From the IMG/VR virus record IMGVR_UViG_3300036766_002286: a stretch of DNA of 64,000 bases, one strand, 5' to 3'. The stretch is from a virus. Its lineage: Duplodnaviria > Caudoviricetes. The notes under the pieces are model-generated. The model was not told where the DNA came from and did not search any database. It was given only the letters and a program-made list of their open reading frames with translations. Of the stretch, positions 61,088 through 64,000 are shown piece by piece. Position 1 is the first letter of the stretch. Every line of letters begins with the position of its first letter. A program made the position numbers and the translations under genes.

Positions 61088-61225
61088 ATGACTAATAAAA
61101 AGCCATGTAGCGAGTGTAACGATACAGGAATTATTTATACTGGTGATTGGTTCGACCCGACAGAAAAGTGTTGGAAGTGTAAATCCAACAAGTACCAAGA
61201 AAAAATCATTAAGGCAAAATCATGA
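61088..61225 (+). CDS. Small zinc-ribbon protein
   Basis: AAAGGA SD; CSECNDTG...CWKC. Confidence 0.65.
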   Translation: MTNKKPCSECNDTGIIYTGDWFDPTEKCWKCKSNKYQEKIIKAKS

Positions 61226-61446
61226 CCGTCAACAATGAATTATCAACCATCGCAATCCGACATTGCATTGAAGGATTGACTGACCCCGACAAGTTATATC
61301 GTGATATGGAACGGTATGGCGCCGAAATCGAGTTGCAAGCCTTGTTGGATGCACTCACCGAAGCACAGACAGAAATCAAAAAACTAAATACCGAAATAGA
61401 CAACATGGTGAACTTGACCGAACACCTACTTGAAGGGAAACTGTAA
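61222..61446 (+). CDS. Small coiled-coil protein (TxAIR/QLxAL family)
   Basis: LSTIAIRHCI...ELQAL. Confidence 0.78.
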   Translation: MTVNNELSTIAIRHCIEGLTDPDKLYRDMERYGAEIELQALLDALTEAQTEIKKLNTEIDNMVNLTEHLLEGKL

Positions 61447-61507
61447 TGACTAATATCAATGCCGCCACTTCACCAACCAACGCAGTTAAAAAATGTGAGA
61501 AACCATA

Positions 61508-61846
61508 ATGGGAACAAACTTCTACCTCCAAGAAAAGCCACCGTGCTCAGAGTGCAAACGAGAATTTGAGCGACTACACATTGGCAAGTCATCTGGTGGC
61601 TGGTGTTTTTCTCTTCATGTGATCCCAGAACTTGGTATCAATAACCTATCGGACTGGGAAAACCGGTGGTATGAGCCGGGTGCAACAATTTGGAATGAAT
61701 ACGACGAACAAGTCAGTCCCTCTGATATGTATATGACAATTGCAGAGCGACCGCCAGACCAATGTCGCCAGCGTCATGATATTGGTAGGTATTGTCTCGG
61801 CTGGGGTGACGGAACTTATGATTTCGTTCCAGGGGAGTTTTCATAA
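61508..61846 (+). CDS. Conserved phage-type hypothetical protein
   Basis: MGTNFY...CSEC...LHIGKSSGGW.FSL...I.NEY...GEFS. Confidence 0.8.
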   Translation: MGTNFYLQEKPPCSECKREFERLHIGKSSGGWCFSLHVIPELGINNLSDWENRWYEPGATIWNEYDEQVSPSDMYMTIAERPPDQCRQRHDIGRYCLGWGDGTYDFVPGEFS

Positions 61847-62085
61847 TGACTACTATCCCATCAACCGACGCAATCCGCGATGTTATAGCGGAACTAAAAT
61901 TATTCGATGCGGCGGGATATCAGAATGGTGAGTTATCCGAAATGATTATGCGAGCCAACGCACAATTGCAGTTTATGGCAGACGACTATCAGCGTCTAGC
62001 ATAAGATAACGGAACAAAAGATGCATATATAAAGAAACTGGAAAAAGATCTTACCAACCTCTTTGAGGCTGTATGTAAAGCATGA
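61846..62085 (+). pseudogene. TxAIR family gene with in-frame TAA
   Basis: PSTDAIRDVI...AQLQF...RLA* (62002-62004), then DNGTKDAYIKKLEKDL...-TGA in the same frame. Confidence 0.65.
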
Positions 62086-62100
62086 ATATGGGAGAAATTT

Positions 62101-62502
62101 ATGACAAACACTAACAAAGCTCACTCGCACACTGATCTGAGTACAACAGACAAAACTATAATAGATTTATCCGGCGGACTATTAGTATTACTTGAACATC
62201 TAGATTCATGCCCACTCTGCCGCGGCGTCGGAACTCAAGAGTGTCATGTAGTGGGCGATCTTCAGTACAGTCTGCGCCAAGCATATCTCAACTACAACAC
62301 TATACACTCCTCTATCAGTTCAGTAGATTTAGCTGCCTCATCACTGCCACTCCATGACCATCTTGTCTCATGTTCAATATGTCGTCAAGACGGCACTCAA
62401 TGGTGCGACGCAGTAGAAAAGCTTCAAAGCAATCTGCGGTTATTACATCTAAACGCTATTCGTTTCTATACGGAGCATCAGGGGGAACAAAATGAGACCT
62501 AA
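62101..62502 (+). CDS. Protein with two tandem HxxxCxxC...C zinc-binding repeats
   Basis: HLDSCPLCRGVGTQEC..LQYSLR and HLVSCSICRQDGTQWC..LQSNLR. Confidence 0.75.
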   Translation: MTNTNKAHSHTDLSTTDKTIIDLSGGLLVLLEHLDSCPLCRGVGTQECHVVGDLQYSLRQAYLNYNTIHSSISSVDLAASSLPLHDHLVSCSICRQDGTQWCDAVEKLQSNLRLLHLNAIRFYTEHQGEQNET

Positions 62503-62920
62503 TGTGCACTACACAGACAACGTCGGTAATCCAAAAGAATTAGTATGGAGTGAGTCATGGGAAGGAAAAGATCTACGCCAGGCCCTTCTACAGGGTGCCA
62601 ATTTACATGACGCTAATCTGTTTGGAGCCGATTTGGGCGGCGCTAGTTTGGCTAGAGCCGACTTATCTAGCTCCGAGCTATCAGGAGTCAATTTATCTAA
62701 TGCTAATCTATGCGATGCTTACATGCACGGCGCGAATCTGCATGGTGCCCTTCTTATTAACGCCGAACTCCGTCGCGCTGATTTGACTAATGCCGATTTG
62801 TGTGGTGCTAATTTTGCTGGTGCAGATATGCGTGAAGCCGACCTGCATGGAGTAAATCTAGATCGTGTCGCCTTGTCTTTCAAGCAGCAAAAAGAATGTA
62901 TTGGTTATGGCGAGATATAG
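62492..62920 (+). CDS. Pentapeptide repeat protein (Y-type N-cap, CIG C-cap)
   Basis: PNVHYTDNVG..ELVWSESW; QQKECIGY. Confidence 0.93.
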   Translation: MRPNVHYTDNVGNPKELVWSESWEGKDLRQALLQGANLHDANLFGADLGGASLARADLSSSELSGVNLSNANLCDAYMHGANLHGALLINAELRRADLTNADLCGANFAGADMREADLHGVNLDRVALSFKQQKECIGYGEI

Positions 62921-62933
62921 GAGAAGTACTATT

Positions 62934-63194
62934 ATGAATTCACCATCAAAAGATTCACAGTTAATACCTGAATTAAAAACAGATGCAATTCAGACATGTA
63001 TTGATTGGGCCATCACTCAAAGCAACTATTATACGCCAAATAAGTTAGCCATATGTTCTAAGGCTACTTTGCAGCTAGAAGCCCTTTTCAATGAAATATC
63101 TGATTTAGCCAGAACCGTACGCGCACTTGAAAGCGAAAACGCACAGTTAAAGATTGATAAACAAAAATTGTGGATGAAAAGCGACAATGACTGA
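62934..63194 (+). CDS. Small coiled-coil protein (TxAIR/QLxAL family)
   Basis: AGGAG SD; LKTDAIQTCI...QLEAL. Confidence 0.75.
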   Translation: MNSPSKDSQLIPELKTDAIQTCIDWAITQSNYYTPNKLAICSKATLQLEALFNEISDLARTVRALESENAQLKIDKQKLWMKSDND

Positions 63195-63564
63195 ATTTCG
63201 CTCCACTTATTATAGAGCAGATGGAGACTATTTTGAAAATGGGAATAAAATTATTTCTATAGCTGACAATGACGTCGCTCAAGATCCTACGGAAGATTTT
63301 CTTAATGATTATATACTTGGCTTCCCATATGAGAGCGCTTTTGATATTATTGAAGAATATTACAACGGCAATACCCTAGTCAAGTTCCGCACCCTCCATT
63401 TAGGGGCTAGTGAACCATGCGCCAGGTGTAAAGGGCGTGGTGTTGTCACTTCGGTTACCCCAAACGGTCCCGATACTCCATTTGGTTCGTGTAAGCGCAA
63501 ATGTCCTGACTGCCTCGTTCAATACTTTACGTTACTTGATCCTAATCCAGCCTGGACAGTATAA
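63187..63564 (+). CDS. Hypothetical protein with DnaJ-type zinc finger
   Basis: CARCKGRG...CPDC. Confidence 0.7.
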   Translation: MTEFRSTYYRADGDYFENGNKIISIADNDVAQDPTEDFLNDYILGFPYESAFDIIEEYYNGNTLVKFRTLHLGASEPCARCKGRGVVTSVTPNGPDTPFGSCKRKCPDCLVQYFTLLDPNPAWTV

Positions 63565-63576
63565 TAATAAAAAAAT

Positions 63577-63807
63577 ATGAGTATTCCACCAGTATCTTCA
63601 ACCAATAGCCACAATCAACCTTGTCTACATAATAATGAAGAAATGTGTGATGTTTGTATGGCTGAGGCTTACCTCTTATATGAAGAAGAAGCCCTGGTTG
63701 CAGAAGCATTACGACTTGACCGCGAGGAAGCAAACTATTATCGTCGGCTCGAAGACGAACAATTGCAGCAAGAACAGCACAGAACAGATCATGGAAGCGA
63801 CTATTAA
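63577..63807 (+). CDS. Small hypothetical protein
   Basis: CLH...CDVC then an acidic helix. Confidence 0.55.
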   Translation: MSIPPVSSTNSHNQPCLHNNEEMCDVCMAEAYLLYEEEALVAEALRLDREEANYYRRLEDEQLQQEQHRTDHGSDY

Positions 63808-63872
63808 TTCACAACCAGGTCTACGCTACTACATTGATATAAACCCAAAGGATATTGCTAATAGAGTTTTAA

Positions 63873-64000
63873 CTATGCTCTGCGTAGGGTTAAATCATAA
63901 CCAATACATTCATCTATCTGTTTTTGTGTAAGAGTAACATTCATGAGATCTGCACCACTTAAATCTGTGCCGGACAAATTCGCACCCGTTAGGTTTACAC
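63873..64000 (-). CDS. 3' end of a pentapeptide repeat protein (cut by window edge)
   Basis: VNLTGANLSGTDLSGADLMNVTLTQKQIDECIGYDLTLRRA-TAG. Confidence 0.88.
   Translation of the reverse strand, partial: VNLTGANLSGTDLSGADLMNVTLTQKQIDECIGYDLTLRRA

Overview
AT-rich window that reads like part of a very large phage or other mobile replicon with actinobacterial affinities. The evidence is a phage-type dNMP kinase, an actinobacterial-type topoisomerase IV A subunit with no B subunit in the window, and runs of short SD-led genes. No capsid, terminase, rRNA, tRNA or CRISPR is visible, so a viral origin is inferred, not shown. The dominant feature is a very large expansion of pentapeptide-repeat protein (PRP) genes: by hand count 40 intact, 1 cut by the window edge, 4 disrupted and 3 cap-only stubs, about 25.6 kb or 40% of the window, including 14 consecutive same-strand genes at 33174-41484. 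The PRPs combine a few recurring N-caps (YIDxxG type; LTRxxVL type) with a few C-caps (MPDG, QxxxCIG, GCIxxxGW) around cores that carry variable loop insertions. The DNA shows traces of turnover: an exact 360-bp repeat that creates in-frame chimeras, short identical tracts between neighbours, collapsed cap-only genes and homopolymer frameshifts. Three other paralog families are interspersed: ~500-aa helical proteins, TxAIR/QLxAL coiled-coil microproteins and a KHLF-ending pair. Other genes encode S8 and S1 proteases, a REC-HEAT-GT2 cassette, orphan antitoxin-like proteins, a large FN3 surface protein, two P-loop kinases and a divergent standalone SucA-like E1. All calls come from reading motifs by eye; no database searches were run.
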